Assembly (NCBI GenBank): GCA_963783675.1 | Contig: CAWAOU010000010.1 | Location: 13,050-77,049, forward strand | Length of the DNA stretch: 64,000 nucleotides | Reading direction: 5' to 3' | Source of the DNA: an uncultured Gammaproteobacteria bacterium | Lineage (GTDB): Bacteria > Pseudomonadota > Gammaproteobacteria > Competibacterales > JAHEDQ01 | Part shown: piece by piece, positions 8,524-17,886 of the stretch | Numbering within the stretch: position 1 is the first letter of the stretch | Layout: each line of letters begins with the position of its first letter | The notes under the pieces: generated by a model | The model's input: only the letters and a program-made list of their open reading frames with translations | Told to the model about the DNA's origin: nothing | Databases searched by the model: none | Translations under genes and position numbers: made by a program

Positions 8524-9768
8524 ATGACGAGCAAATGGAATCTATTCACCATGCCTGCCCTGGGGCTCGTATTGGCTTTGACGCCGGCAATCGCCGGGGC
8601 GGAGCAATTCGGCGGTCCGGATTCGGTGGAGAACCTGATCACCGACGATGCCAAACCGATATCGGCCCTGATTAAGGAACGCGCACTCGATCCCTGGTTC
8701 GAGTGGAAGGAATCGGTGCAAGAGGACACGGGGATTTCATTCGGTCTCGACTATTCCTCGCTGTATCTCAATTCGAACAAGAGCCTGGGGGAAGATTCTG
8801 CTTCGGCCGGGATGGTCCGTTTTTTCGGGTTCTGGGATCTGATCGGGCGTGGCACGAAGAACACCGGTGCGTTGGTTTGGAAGGTCGAGCACCGTCATCG
8901 GTACGGTGATGTGGCACCCAGTGGATTCGGGCTGGGTGAACTGGGTTATGTGGGAATCATCGGCCCGCCCTGGAGCAACCAGGGGATGCGGCTGACCAAC
9001 CTGTACTGGCGGCAGCGCTTCAACGAAGGCCGGATCACCGCCATCGGTGGCTATCTGGATGCCACCGATTATGCGGACACCTTCATCGGGGGTTCGCCCT
9101 GGACCGGGTTCGAAAATCTGGCGTTCAGCACGGGATCGGCCAGCATGTTTCTGCCCAACGACGCCACCCTGGGTGTGGCCGCTGCGGGTATGCTCACCGA
9201 CAACCTTTATGTGATCGGCGGTATCACCAATGCCTATGCCGACCCCACCCAACCGTTTGACGACAGCTTCGATCGCTTCTTCAGCGATGGGGAGCACTTT
9301 GTATCGCTGGAGCTTGGCTGGACCTCCACGCAGGAACGCATCTATCAGGACAACACTCACCTGACTTTCTGGCACGTGGATGACAGCGTCGAGGCCGGGG
9401 CCGTCGAGGGGTGGGGGGTGGCTTTTTCCCATGTCCGCCACATCGACGATCACTGGATGCCGTTTGTGCGCGGTGGCTATGCCGATGACGGCGGCAGCCT
9501 GCTGCAGAAATCCGTCAGCCTTGGGCTGATGTATCAGAGAAATCCCGGTGCGGACCTGCTCGGACTGGGTGTGAACTGGGGTGAGCCGAACGAAAGCAGC
9601 TTTGGTTCAGGGCTGGACGATCAGTATACGGTTGAGGCGTTTTACCGGATTCCGGTGACGCAGCAGATTGCCATAACCCCCAGCGTCGAATACATCAAGG
9701 ACCCCGCCCTGAACACCGAGTATGACTCCCTGTGGGTATTCGGGCTGCGCGCGAGGCTGGCACTTTGA
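8524..9768 (+). CDS. Carbohydrate-selective porin (OprB family)
   Basis: Signal peptide, LTNLYWRQ, and C-terminal QYTVEAFYRI...ITPSVEYIKDPA...VFGLRARLAL typical of OprB. Confidence 0.8.
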   Translation: MTSKWNLFTMPALGLVLALTPAIAGAEQFGGPDSVENLITDDAKPISALIKERALDPWFEWKESVQEDTGISFGLDYSSLYLNSNKSLGEDSASAGMVRFFGFWDLIGRGTKNTGALVWKVEHRHRYGDVAPSGFGLGELGYVGIIGPPWSNQGMRLTNLYWRQRFNEGRITAIGGYLDATDYADTFIGGSPWTGFENLAFSTGSASMFLPNDATLGVAAAGMLTDNLYVIGGITNAYADPTQPFDDSFDRFFSDGEHFVSLELGWTSTQERIYQDNTHLTFWHVDDSVEAGAVEGWGVAFSHVRHIDDHWMPFVRGGYADDGGSLLQKSVSLGLMYQRNPGADLLGLGVNWGEPNESSFGSGLDDQYTVEAFYRIPVTQQIAITPSVEYIKDPALNTEYDSLWVFGLRARLAL

Positions 9769-9799
9769 CGTCTCGATAGGGGAAAGACGGCCTGAATTG

Positions 9800-10861
9800 T
9801 CACGTGTTCACGGCTGGCACAATGCCGCCCCGATCCCCCACCTGGACGCTGCCGAATCGGGTTGCGAACACCTCCGGCAGCGGGCGATCACCGGCCATGG
9901 ACAGCCACAATCGAAACAGATGCCGTTTTCGGCCCGGATCCGGCCAGTCCTCGAATCCGGTGCGGTCATGGAGCAGTGCATGGTTATTGACGAACTGCAT
10001 GTCGCCGGGCTGCAGGGTCATGGACAGGTTCAGCGCAGGATCATTGGCCAGTGCATCGAACAGATCCAGCGCTTCCCGATACTGTTGGGTCAGACGCGGG
10101 GCGTCGTCAAAACGCTGGGCCGATTCGATATACTGGCGTTGATACATAACCGTTAGAAATCCCCGGTACCAGGAAAAAACCGGTATCAGGAAGTAGGGCG
10201 CCATCCCCTCCGGCACCTCACCCCGGCGGTCGGTGGCCACCGGTTGCATCAACAGGTGGAGCAGATCAGGACGGCGCTGACGCATTTCGTTGAAGAGGGT
10301 CGATGCGCTCACCAGCAGGGAGTCGCCACCGGATCTGGCCGTCTTGAGGCACAAAAGGCCGACCACGTCGCTGGAGTCGGTATGAAAAGTCTGGCGTTCG
10401 CGGGTCTGGTATATCCGCACCTCGGGGTCGTCACTGCGTACGCCCAGATCTCTAACGTGTCCAAGAACATGTCCCTGCGCGTTCTGGGAACGGGGGTGCC
10501 CCAAGTGGCTACCCAGGCCGAAGAACATGGCCGCGGCCATGCGTTCGTCGTATTGCTCGACCGGCAATCCGCGCAGCACGCCGAATCCGCGACCTGAGAT
10601 CAACTCCCTGGCCAGTTGGGCCAGCCGGGGTTTGAGTGTGGGCAGCGGGAAGGCGGTCGCTGTGATTGATGCGATCTCCCCATTCAGATGGAGCCAGTCC
10701 CCGGCCGCGGCTTCAAGCTCCGCGACCTCGGATTGGGTCAGATCGAGACACCACTGGTCGGCGCGCGCGACCATGGCCGGGCCGTACCAGACCATGGGGC
10801 CGGTTTGTGGCGGCGGCAGCGTCGCCGGTATTGACTTGTTGATCGGGTCATCGGTCTGCAT
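9800..10861 (-). CDS. TauD/TfdA family Fe(II)/2-oxoglutarate dioxygenase
   Basis: GRGFGVLRGLP, facial triad FHTD...LLHDR, RHLFRLWL. Start trimmed to ATG 10861 because the longer ORF overlaps the divergent gene. Confidence 0.85.
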   Translation of the reverse strand: MQTDDPINKSIPATLPPPQTGPMVWYGPAMVARADQWCLDLTQSEVAELEAAAGDWLHLNGEIASITATAFPLPTLKPRLAQLARELISGRGFGVLRGLPVEQYDERMAAAMFFGLGSHLGHPRSQNAQGHVLGHVRDLGVRSDDPEVRIYQTRERQTFHTDSSDVVGLLCLKTARSGGDSLLVSASTLFNEMRQRRPDLLHLLMQPVATDRRGEVPEGMAPYFLIPVFSWYRGFLTVMYQRQYIESAQRFDDAPRLTQQYREALDLFDALANDPALNLSMTLQPGDMQFVNNHALLHDRTGFEDWPDPGRKRHLFRLWLSMAGDRPLPEVFATRFGSVQVGDRGGIVPAVNT

Positions 10862-11119
10862 GTACAGCAACGCCCTCAGGTCGCCTACAGGTAAGATGTC
10901 ACTTCGGCCCCAGGGTCGGGGCGACAGTCTAACAGGCGAATGCCTGACGGCGCCTACCCCGAACCGCGCGCTCGGCTCAGAATCCGATTTTTGCTTATCG
11001 TTCTCGGACTGCGCTTGGACTATTCTGAACGACAGCTTGACTCTAAAGCGGATACTTTTTGCCTGAGGGGCGGGAACCCTCAGAGTTCCGTTGTGAGCAG
11101 AATCGAGGATGAGACCGCG

Positions 11120-13231
11120 ATGCCGGATGCCGAGACCAATCGACCCGTTCAACGAGTCCGGGCCGCGCTGCGGGCAGCGCAAGTCGGCATATGGGAGGTC
11201 GATCCCGCGTCCCTGAGGGTGCATTGGAGCCCGGAGATGTATGCGCTCTATGGCTTGGATGCGCGTCAACTTGAGATCGACCTTTCGGCCTGGATGTCCC
11301 GTATCCATTCGAAGGACCGCCTGCAGACCCGCGAACGCATCGAACATGCTATCGAACGGCAGACCGAGCTGGAATGCAGTTTCCGGATTTGCCTGGACAA
11401 CGGCGAATATCGATCGATGTTGCTTAAGGGCGCGCCGCGTCCCTCTGAGAATGACCAGCAGGCTCTGTTCGTCGGCACACACTGGCGTATCGACGGCCAG
11501 GGCCCGTCGCCGCGCCTGGAAGGCGAAGCGGGTCTGCGTCTGGAACTGGCCGCCCGAGGCGCGGGTGTGGGTGTCTGGGACCTGAATCTCCAGTCCAATG
11601 AACTCATATGGGACGAACAGATGTTTCATCTGTACGGCGTCTCACCGGCGGATTTTGCCGGGGCCTACGAGGCTTGGCAGGCCTGTGTTCATGCCGAGGA
11701 CCTGGATCGTGCCCATGCTGAAGTTCAGGAAGCGGTGCAGGGCTTGCGCAATTTTCACACCGAGTTCCGGGTGGTGCATCCAGATGGAGAGGTGCGGCAC
11801 ATCAAAGCCATTGCAATGATTCAAAGGAATGCAGACGGTTTGCCGGTTCGCATGCTGGGCACCAACTGGGACGTGACCGGTGAGCGGGTGGCCGAGGAAA
11901 AGCTGCGCTTTCTTGCCTACCACGACGAGTTGACGGCGTTGCCCAACCGCCGGCTCATGCGTCAGTGCCTGGAGCAGCAAATAAACCGGGCCCGGGAAAG
12001 AGATGAGCGATTGGCGGTTCTCTATCTTGATCTCGACCACTTCAAAAACGTGAACGATGCCTACGGTCACCCGTTTGGCGACCACGTGTTGCGGGAGACG
12101 GCGGGGCGGGTGCGAAGCGTTTTAAGGGCGCAGGATACACTGGCGCGCATCGGTGGTGACGAGTTCATCGCCATACTCCACCTTCCGGATGTAGAAGCCA
12201 GTGTATCTGCCTGCCAGAAGATCTTGAATGCGCTCACGCATCCGATGGAACTGGATGGGATACAGCACTTTTTGAATGCAAGTATCGGTGTCGCCATGTA
12301 CCCGGACGACGGCACCGATCCGGATACCCTGTTGCAGCATGCGGATATCGCCTTGTTTCGGGCCAAGGAATCGGGTCGGGGGATCTACTCGTTTTTCGCC
12401 AAGGAACTGTCCGCCCGGGTGATTGAGCAGACCACGCTGCAGACGGAACTGCATATCGCCCTGGCCCAGGGTCTGCTCGAGGTCTTTTATCAACCCCAGT
12501 TCGCGATCTGCGAGGATTTGCGCGATGCCCCACTTGTGGGGCTGGAAGCCCTGGTCAGATGGCGTCACCCAACCCGGGGTCTGGTCAACCCCGACCAGTT
12601 CATCCCAATTGCGGAAACCATCGGCCTGATCGAGCGCATCGATCAATTCGTACTCCGCTCCGCCGGACAAAAGGCCAGGCAGTGGCGACACCTGCTCCCC
12701 AGCGGTGCCCGCATTGCCGTCAACAAGTCCATGAAAAGCCCGGTGTCGTTGGACTTACCGGATGATTTGGTGGCGGAGTTGCTGGGTGTCGAACAGAACG
12801 CCAGCGCCTGCCGACTGACCATCGAAGTGACCGAATCCAATCTGATGCAGAACCCGGAACTCTCCATTGGCAGCCTGACCCGGCTCAAACAACAGGGTTT
12901 TCGTATCGCCATCGACGATTTCGGCACCGGGTACTCGTCGCTGAGCTATCTGAAACGCCTACCCATAGACTATGTGAAGATCGACCGCTCGTTTATCGAC
13001 GAGCTGCATCGGGACAGCCACGACCGGGCCATCACCTCAGCCATCATCGCCATGGCCCGTTCGCTTGATCTGGAGGTCTATGCGGAAGGCGTCGAAACCC
13101 AAAGCCAGCTCGCATTCCTGGCAGAGATCGGCTGCGAGTATGGGCAGGGCCATCTCTACTGTGCGCCTTTGTCGGCGCAGGAAACCGAGGCCCTGCTTGT
13201 GAGCCAGGCTGAGACCACCGCCACCCACTGA
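11120..13231 (+). CDS. PAS-PAS-GGDEF-EAL c-di-GMP turnover protein
   Basis: Two PAS_3 repeats (GIWEVD, GVWDLN..IHxED), HDELTALPNR, GGDEF, EAL, DDFGTGYSSLSYL, AEGVET. Confidence 0.92.
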   Translation: MPDAETNRPVQRVRAALRAAQVGIWEVDPASLRVHWSPEMYALYGLDARQLEIDLSAWMSRIHSKDRLQTRERIEHAIERQTELECSFRICLDNGEYRSMLLKGAPRPSENDQQALFVGTHWRIDGQGPSPRLEGEAGLRLELAARGAGVGVWDLNLQSNELIWDEQMFHLYGVSPADFAGAYEAWQACVHAEDLDRAHAEVQEAVQGLRNFHTEFRVVHPDGEVRHIKAIAMIQRNADGLPVRMLGTNWDVTGERVAEEKLRFLAYHDELTALPNRRLMRQCLEQQINRARERDERLAVLYLDLDHFKNVNDAYGHPFGDHVLRETAGRVRSVLRAQDTLARIGGDEFIAILHLPDVEASVSACQKILNALTHPMELDGIQHFLNASIGVAMYPDDGTDPDTLLQHADIALFRAKESGRGIYSFFAKELSARVIEQTTLQTELHIALAQGLLEVFYQPQFAICEDLRDAPLVGLEALVRWRHPTRGLVNPDQFIPIAETIGLIERIDQFVLRSAGQKARQWRHLLPSGARIAVNKSMKSPVSLDLPDDLVAELLGVEQNASACRLTIEVTESNLMQNPELSIGSLTRLKQQGFRIAIDDFGTGYSSLSYLKRLPIDYVKIDRSFIDELHRDSHDRAITSAIIAMARSLDLEVYAEGVETQSQLAFLAEIGCEYGQGHLYCAPLSAQETEALLVSQAETTATH

Positions 13232-13459
13232 ACGGTGCGGCCAGGGCACCCAATACGCAGCGATGCGCTAACGATCCGGTGACCGCACCCGGGAGGACCA
13301 CTCGGCCGGGTGGTGACGAACTCTGCCCTCTGCGCTCCGGCATGTGCCTCCGCTCCGTGCGACCGCGGTCCCGCCGGAACGACAGCTGGACACATTCAGA
13401 CGAGGTTGGATCGGCAGCACCGAGCCGATATTTTCTGCTACCCGTTCACCCGACCTTGA

Positions 13460-13520
13460 GCTAGTGTTCCGTCCCATAAGTGCGTTACGTTGCAACGAAC
13501 TTGTGGGACGGGACACTGGC
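13460..13520. repeat. Long imperfect palindrome (REP/mini-MITE-like or RNA hairpin) upstream of purine operon
   Basis: gctagtgttccgtcccataagtgcgtt...aacgaacttgtgggacgggacactggc, ~27-bp stem. The three outer mismatches are U-G compatible on the + strand. Confidence 0.7.
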
Positions 13521-13603
13521 TTTAAAGCCATCGTCCGATTTTACCGCCCCGACCTGACCGTTGTGGGGGCGAACCCTGAATCGGGAAGCAGCAGGTGAAT
13601 GCC

Positions 13604-13948
13604 ATGGGCAGACTGACCACGCATGTCCTCGACACGGCCCAGGGTGTGCCTGGGCGCGGCATCCTAATCGAACTCTATGAGATTCTGGATAGGCCGCGCC
13701 TGGTCAAGACCGTGACCACCAACGACGATGGCCGCACCGCCAAACCACTGCTGGAGGGTGAGGACTTTCACCCCGGTCAATGGGAGCTGCGGTTTCACGT
13801 GGGCGGGTATTTCGCCGGTGATGGCGATGTCAGCGCCCCGCGTTTTCTGGATGTGGTGCCGCTGCGCTTCGGCATCGCCGATGACGCCCACTACCATGTG
13901 CCGCTGCTGGTGTCCCCCTGGAGCTACTCCACCTATCGGGGAAGCTGA
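13604..13948 (+). CDS. uraH: 5-hydroxyisourate hydrolase (transthyretin-like)
   Basis: [29 protein letters not shown] terminus. Confidence 0.97.
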   Translation: MGRLTTHVLDTAQGVPGRGILIELYEILDRPRLVKTVTTNDDGRTAKPLLEGEDFHPGQWELRFHVGGYFAGDGDVSAPRFLDVVPLRFGIADDAHYHVPLLVSPWSYSTYRGS

Positions 13949-13951
13949 GCG

Positions 13952-15436
13952 ATGCCGGCTACCCCGATTTCAACACAGCCCATACGTTTTTTTCTGAATG
14001 GCGAACCGGTCACCGTCACCGACTCGCCGCCTACCCGTACGGTGCTTGCCCACCTGCGGGAAGATCTGCGTTGCACCGGTACCAAGGAAGGCTGCGCCGA
14101 GGGCGATTGCGGCGCCTGTACCGTGGTGTTGGCCGAACCGTTCGCGGAGGGGTTGCGTACCCGTGCGGTGAACGCGTGCATCCAGTTTCTGCCCACGCTG
14201 GATGGCAAAGCGGTGTTCACCGTGGAGTACCTGCGTCAAAACGACGGTGCACTGCATCCGGTTCAGCAGGCCATGGTCGATTGCCACGGGTCCCAGTGTG
14301 GATTCTGCACGCCGGGTTTTGTCATGTCCCTTTGGGCCTGTTACATCGCCCATGGAGAAAGCGGCACCCGCCCGGACCGCGCCGCCCTGCGCAGCGCCCT
14401 CACCGGCAATCTGTGCCGTTGCACCGGGTATCGGCCGATCCTGGAAGCCGGTGAACGCATGTTCGATCTCCCGCGGGTGGATTTTGCAGCGGATGCGGTG
14501 CGGCGGGATCTGGACCGGATCGCGCGGGATCAGCCCTTGTGTTACGAGCAGGGAGGTGTCCGATTTTACGCGCCCAGCACGGTGCAACAGCTGACCGAGC
14601 TCAAGACCGAATACCCAGAGGCCACTGTGCTGGCCGGATGCACGGATATAGGACTCTGGGTCAACAAGCAGTTTCGCGAGCTCGGCGATATTCTTTATCT
14701 CGGCGAGGTGGCTGAACTGAAGCGCATCGACCCGAGCGAAGCGGGTCTGCGGATCGGCGCCGCTGTCAGCCTGAGCGACGCCTATCAGGCGCTGGTCGAC
14801 CCATATCCCGAAGTGGCGGAGATCTGGGAGCGTTTTGCTTCGCCGCCGATCCGCAACGCCGGGACGCTTGGGGGCAATGTGGCCAACGGTTCACCCATCG
14901 GCGATTCCATGCCCTGGTTGATCGCTGTGGGCGCCAGGGTGGTGTTGCGCAACAGGGAACGCGCCCGGACGCTCCCGATCGAGGATCTGTATCTGGGCTA
15001 TATGAAAAAATCGATGCGCCCCGATGAGATTCTGGAGGCAATCGAAGTTCCCCTGCCGGCGCAGGACCAACGTTTCCGGACCTTCAAGCTGTCCAAGCGC
15101 TACGACTCCGACATCTCCGCCGTGTGCGCCGCCTTCTCGATTCGCCTGGATGGTTTGCAGATTCGGGAGCCCCGGGTGGCCTTTGGTGGAATGGCGGCCA
15201 CCCCGAAACGGGCGCCCAACTGCGAAGCGGCGCTGGCGGGTCAGTCCTGGTCTGAGGCAAGCGTCCGGGTGGCCATGGACGCGCTGGCGCTCGACTACGC
15301 ACCGCTGGATGACATGCGCGCCTCGGCCGGATATCGGCGCCAAACCGCGGCCAATCTACTGTATCGTTTCTATCTGGAAACCCGATCGGATCATCCCCTG
15401 GATGCCAGGTCCGTCAGTGTCTTCGCCTACACTTGA
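13952..15436 (+). CDS. xdhA: Xanthine dehydrogenase small subunit (2x[2Fe-2S] + FAD)
   Basis: GTKEGCAEGDCGAC, QCGFCTPG, GNLCRCTGY, GTLGGNVANGSPIGD, KLSKRYDSDIS. Confidence 0.97.
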   Translation: MPATPISTQPIRFFLNGEPVTVTDSPPTRTVLAHLREDLRCTGTKEGCAEGDCGACTVVLAEPFAEGLRTRAVNACIQFLPTLDGKAVFTVEYLRQNDGALHPVQQAMVDCHGSQCGFCTPGFVMSLWACYIAHGESGTRPDRAALRSALTGNLCRCTGYRPILEAGERMFDLPRVDFAADAVRRDLDRIARDQPLCYEQGGVRFYAPSTVQQLTELKTEYPEATVLAGCTDIGLWVNKQFRELGDILYLGEVAELKRIDPSEAGLRIGAAVSLSDAYQALVDPYPEVAEIWERFASPPIRNAGTLGGNVANGSPIGDSMPWLIAVGARVVLRNRERARTLPIEDLYLGYMKKSMRPDEILEAIEVPLPAQDQRFRTFKLSKRYDSDISAVCAAFSIRLDGLQIREPRVAFGGMAATPKRAPNCEAALAGQSWSEASVRVAMDALALDYAPLDDMRASAGYRRQTAANLLYRFYLETRSDHPLDARSVSVFAYT

Positions 15437-15448
15437 GTGGAGGGCCGC

Positions 15449-17782
15449 ATGAACTCACCTGCTCCGATGGCGGCGCCTGCGCCGCACCCCCATGAGTCGG
15501 CGCATCTGCATGTGTCAGGCGAAGCGACCTATACCGACGACATCCCCGAACTGGCCGGTACCCTGCACTGCGCTCTGGGCCTGAGCGCCAAGGCGCATGC
15601 GCGGATCCAATCCATGGATCTGGCGGCGGTAACCGATGCCCCCGGCGTGGTTGCGGTGTTAACCGCCGCCGACATCCCCGGCGAGAACAACTGCGGTCCG
15701 ATTGTCCACGATGATCCGATCCTGGCCGAAGATCGGGTTCAGTACGTGGGCCAGCCTTTGTTTGCGGTGGTGGCTGAGTCCTACGAAGCGGCCCGTCGGG
15801 CGGCTCGCAAAGCGGTGGTGGTCTATCAGGAACTGCCCGCGGTATTGACCCCGGCGGAAGCCAGACGGCAGCAGTCCTATGTGGTGCCGCCCATGCGTCT
15901 GACCCGGGGAAATCCCACGCGCGCCCTGGAATCAGCGCCCCATCGCCTGAGTGGTGAGTTCCAGGTGGGCGGCCAGGAGCAGTTTTATCTGGAAGGCCAG
16001 ATCGCCTACGTCGCCCCCAGGGAGGACAACGGCCTTCAGATCTGGTGTTCCACCCAGCATCCAACGGAGATGCAGCAGGTGGTCTGCCATGCCCTCAACC
16101 TGCGGTCCCACCAGGTGTTGGTGGAAATGCGCCGCATGGGCGGCGGTTTCGGCGGCAAGGAATCCCAGTCGGCCTTGTTCTGTTGCGTGGCAGCGATCGC
16201 GGCGAGCGTACTCAAGCGTCCGGTCAAGCTGCGGCCCGATCGCGACGACGACATGATGATCACCGGCAAGCGCCACTGCTTCGACTATGTCTATGACGTG
16301 GGCTTCGACGGGGACGGTCTGATACTTGGTGCGCGTGTGGAAATGCTCGCCCGGGCCGGCTACTCGGCGGATTTGTCGGCGCCTGTTGCGACCCGGGCGG
16401 TGTGCCATTTCGACAATGCCTATTACCTCGCTGACGTGGACATCCAAGCCCTGTGCGGCAAAACCAATACCCAGTCCAACACCGCATTCCGCGGATTTGG
16501 TGGACCCCAGGGCGCCATCGCCATCGAATACATCATCGATAACATCGCACGGGTGCTCGGACGGGATCCGTTGGAAATACGGCGGCGCAATTTCTATGGG
16601 CGCGGTGACCGGGACGTCACGCCCTATGGCCAGATCGTGGAAGACAATGTGATCCACGAGCTGGTAACAGAACTGGAAGCGTCCAGTGATTACTCCGGAC
16701 GGCGTCGGGTCATCGGTGAGTTCAATGCCAACAGCCCGGTGCTCAAAAAGGGCATCGCCCTGACGCCGGTGAAGTTCGGCATATCCTTCAACGTGGCGCA
16801 CTACAACCAGGCCGGTGCCCTGGTCCATGTCTATGTGGACGGTTCGGTGCTGGTCAACCATGGCGGCACCGAGATGGGGCAGGGTCTGAACACAAAGGTT
16901 GCCCAGATCGTGGCCGGAGAATTGGGCATATCGCTGGCCCATGTTCGCGCCACCGCCACCGATACCAGCAAGGTCGCGAACACCTCAGCCACCGCCGCCT
17001 CCACCGGGGCCGATCTCAACGGCAAGGCGGCGGAGAATGCGGCCCGCACCATCCGGCTTCGTCTGGCCGAGTTGGCGGCAGGCTCCTTCGGCGGCGAGTC
17101 CGGGGCGGTGGTGTTCAAGGACGATACGGTCACCGCCAATGGCAGCACCGTGTCATTCCAGGAACTGGTGGCCGAAGCCTACACCGCCCGGGTTCAGCTC
17201 TGGTCGGACGGGTTTTACAAAACCCCGAAGCTGCACTGGGATCGCGCCTCGCTCACCGGACGCCCATTCTATTATTTCGCCTATGGGGCAGCGGTCTCCG
17301 AGGTGCTGGTGGATACCCTGACCGGTGAATGGAAGCTGCTGCGTGCCGATCTGCTGCACGATGCCGGCAACTCCATCAATTCCGCCATCGATCTGGGTCA
17401 GGTCGAGGGAGCGTTTATCCAGGGCATGGGCTGGTTGACCATGGAGGAATTGTGGTGGAACCAGGACGGCAGGCTTATGACCCATGCGCCATCCACCTAC
17501 AAAATACCGGCGGTCAACGACTGCCCGGCGGACCTGCGGACGCGTCTGTTCCACAATCCAAACCACGAGGACACCGTGCTGCGTTCAAAGGCGGTGGGTG
17601 AACCACCCTTGTTGTTGTCTTTTTCGGTGTTTTTCGCGATCCGGGATGCGGTGGCCAGCATGGGGGGCAACCGCATCAATCCCCCCCTCAACGCGCCGGC
17701 CACACCGGAACGCATATTGGCGGCGGTGAACGCGGTTAAGACGTTGGCCGACACCCGTTCGCCGGCGGATACGGCGGCGTGA
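15449..17782 (+). CDS. xdhB: Xanthine dehydrogenase molybdopterin-binding subunit
   Basis: QEQFYLEGQ, MGGGFGGKES, AFRGFGGPQG, HGGTEMGQG, SKAVGEPP. SD GGAGG before ATG 15449. Confidence 0.97.
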   Translation: MNSPAPMAAPAPHPHESAHLHVSGEATYTDDIPELAGTLHCALGLSAKAHARIQSMDLAAVTDAPGVVAVLTAADIPGENNCGPIVHDDPILAEDRVQYVGQPLFAVVAESYEAARRAARKAVVVYQELPAVLTPAEARRQQSYVVPPMRLTRGNPTRALESAPHRLSGEFQVGGQEQFYLEGQIAYVAPREDNGLQIWCSTQHPTEMQQVVCHALNLRSHQVLVEMRRMGGGFGGKESQSALFCCVAAIAASVLKRPVKLRPDRDDDMMITGKRHCFDYVYDVGFDGDGLILGARVEMLARAGYSADLSAPVATRAVCHFDNAYYLADVDIQALCGKTNTQSNTAFRGFGGPQGAIAIEYIIDNIARVLGRDPLEIRRRNFYGRGDRDVTPYGQIVEDNVIHELVTELEASSDYSGRRRVIGEFNANSPVLKKGIALTPVKFGISFNVAHYNQAGALVHVYVDGSVLVNHGGTEMGQGLNTKVAQIVAGELGISLAHVRATATDTSKVANTSATAASTGADLNGKAAENAARTIRLRLAELAAGSFGGESGAVVFKDDTVTANGSTVSFQELVAEAYTARVQLWSDGFYKTPKLHWDRASLTGRPFYYFAYGAAVSEVLVDTLTGEWKLLRADLLHDAGNSINSAIDLGQVEGAFIQGMGWLTMEELWWNQDGRLMTHAPSTYKIPAVNDCPADLRTRLFHNPNHEDTVLRSKAVGEPPLLLSFSVFFAIRDAVASMGGNRINPPLNAPATPERILAAVNAVKTLADTRSPADTAA

Positions 17783-17886
17783 TATGAGTGCCTGGGGGGG
17801 CGTGCGGGATGCGATGCCTGCAGGCTCGGGCGCTTTCCGGCCGGTTTGTCCGGTCACAATCGGCAATGGAAAACGGGGTCGGCGGG

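Noticed and set aside
10862-11629. N-terminal extension of the 609-aa TauD ORF
   Set aside because: It is antisense to the PAS-GGDEF-EAL gene and the dioxygenase similarity begins only after ATG 10861.
13604-17782. uraH, xdhA and xdhB are all in one reading frame separated by single TGA codons (possible readthrough/Sec fusion resembling eukaryotic XDH)
   Set aside because: Chance probability is about 1/9. uraH ends in the canonical YRGS, xdhB has its own SD and ATG, and no SECIS-like element or Cys-equivalent position was seen.
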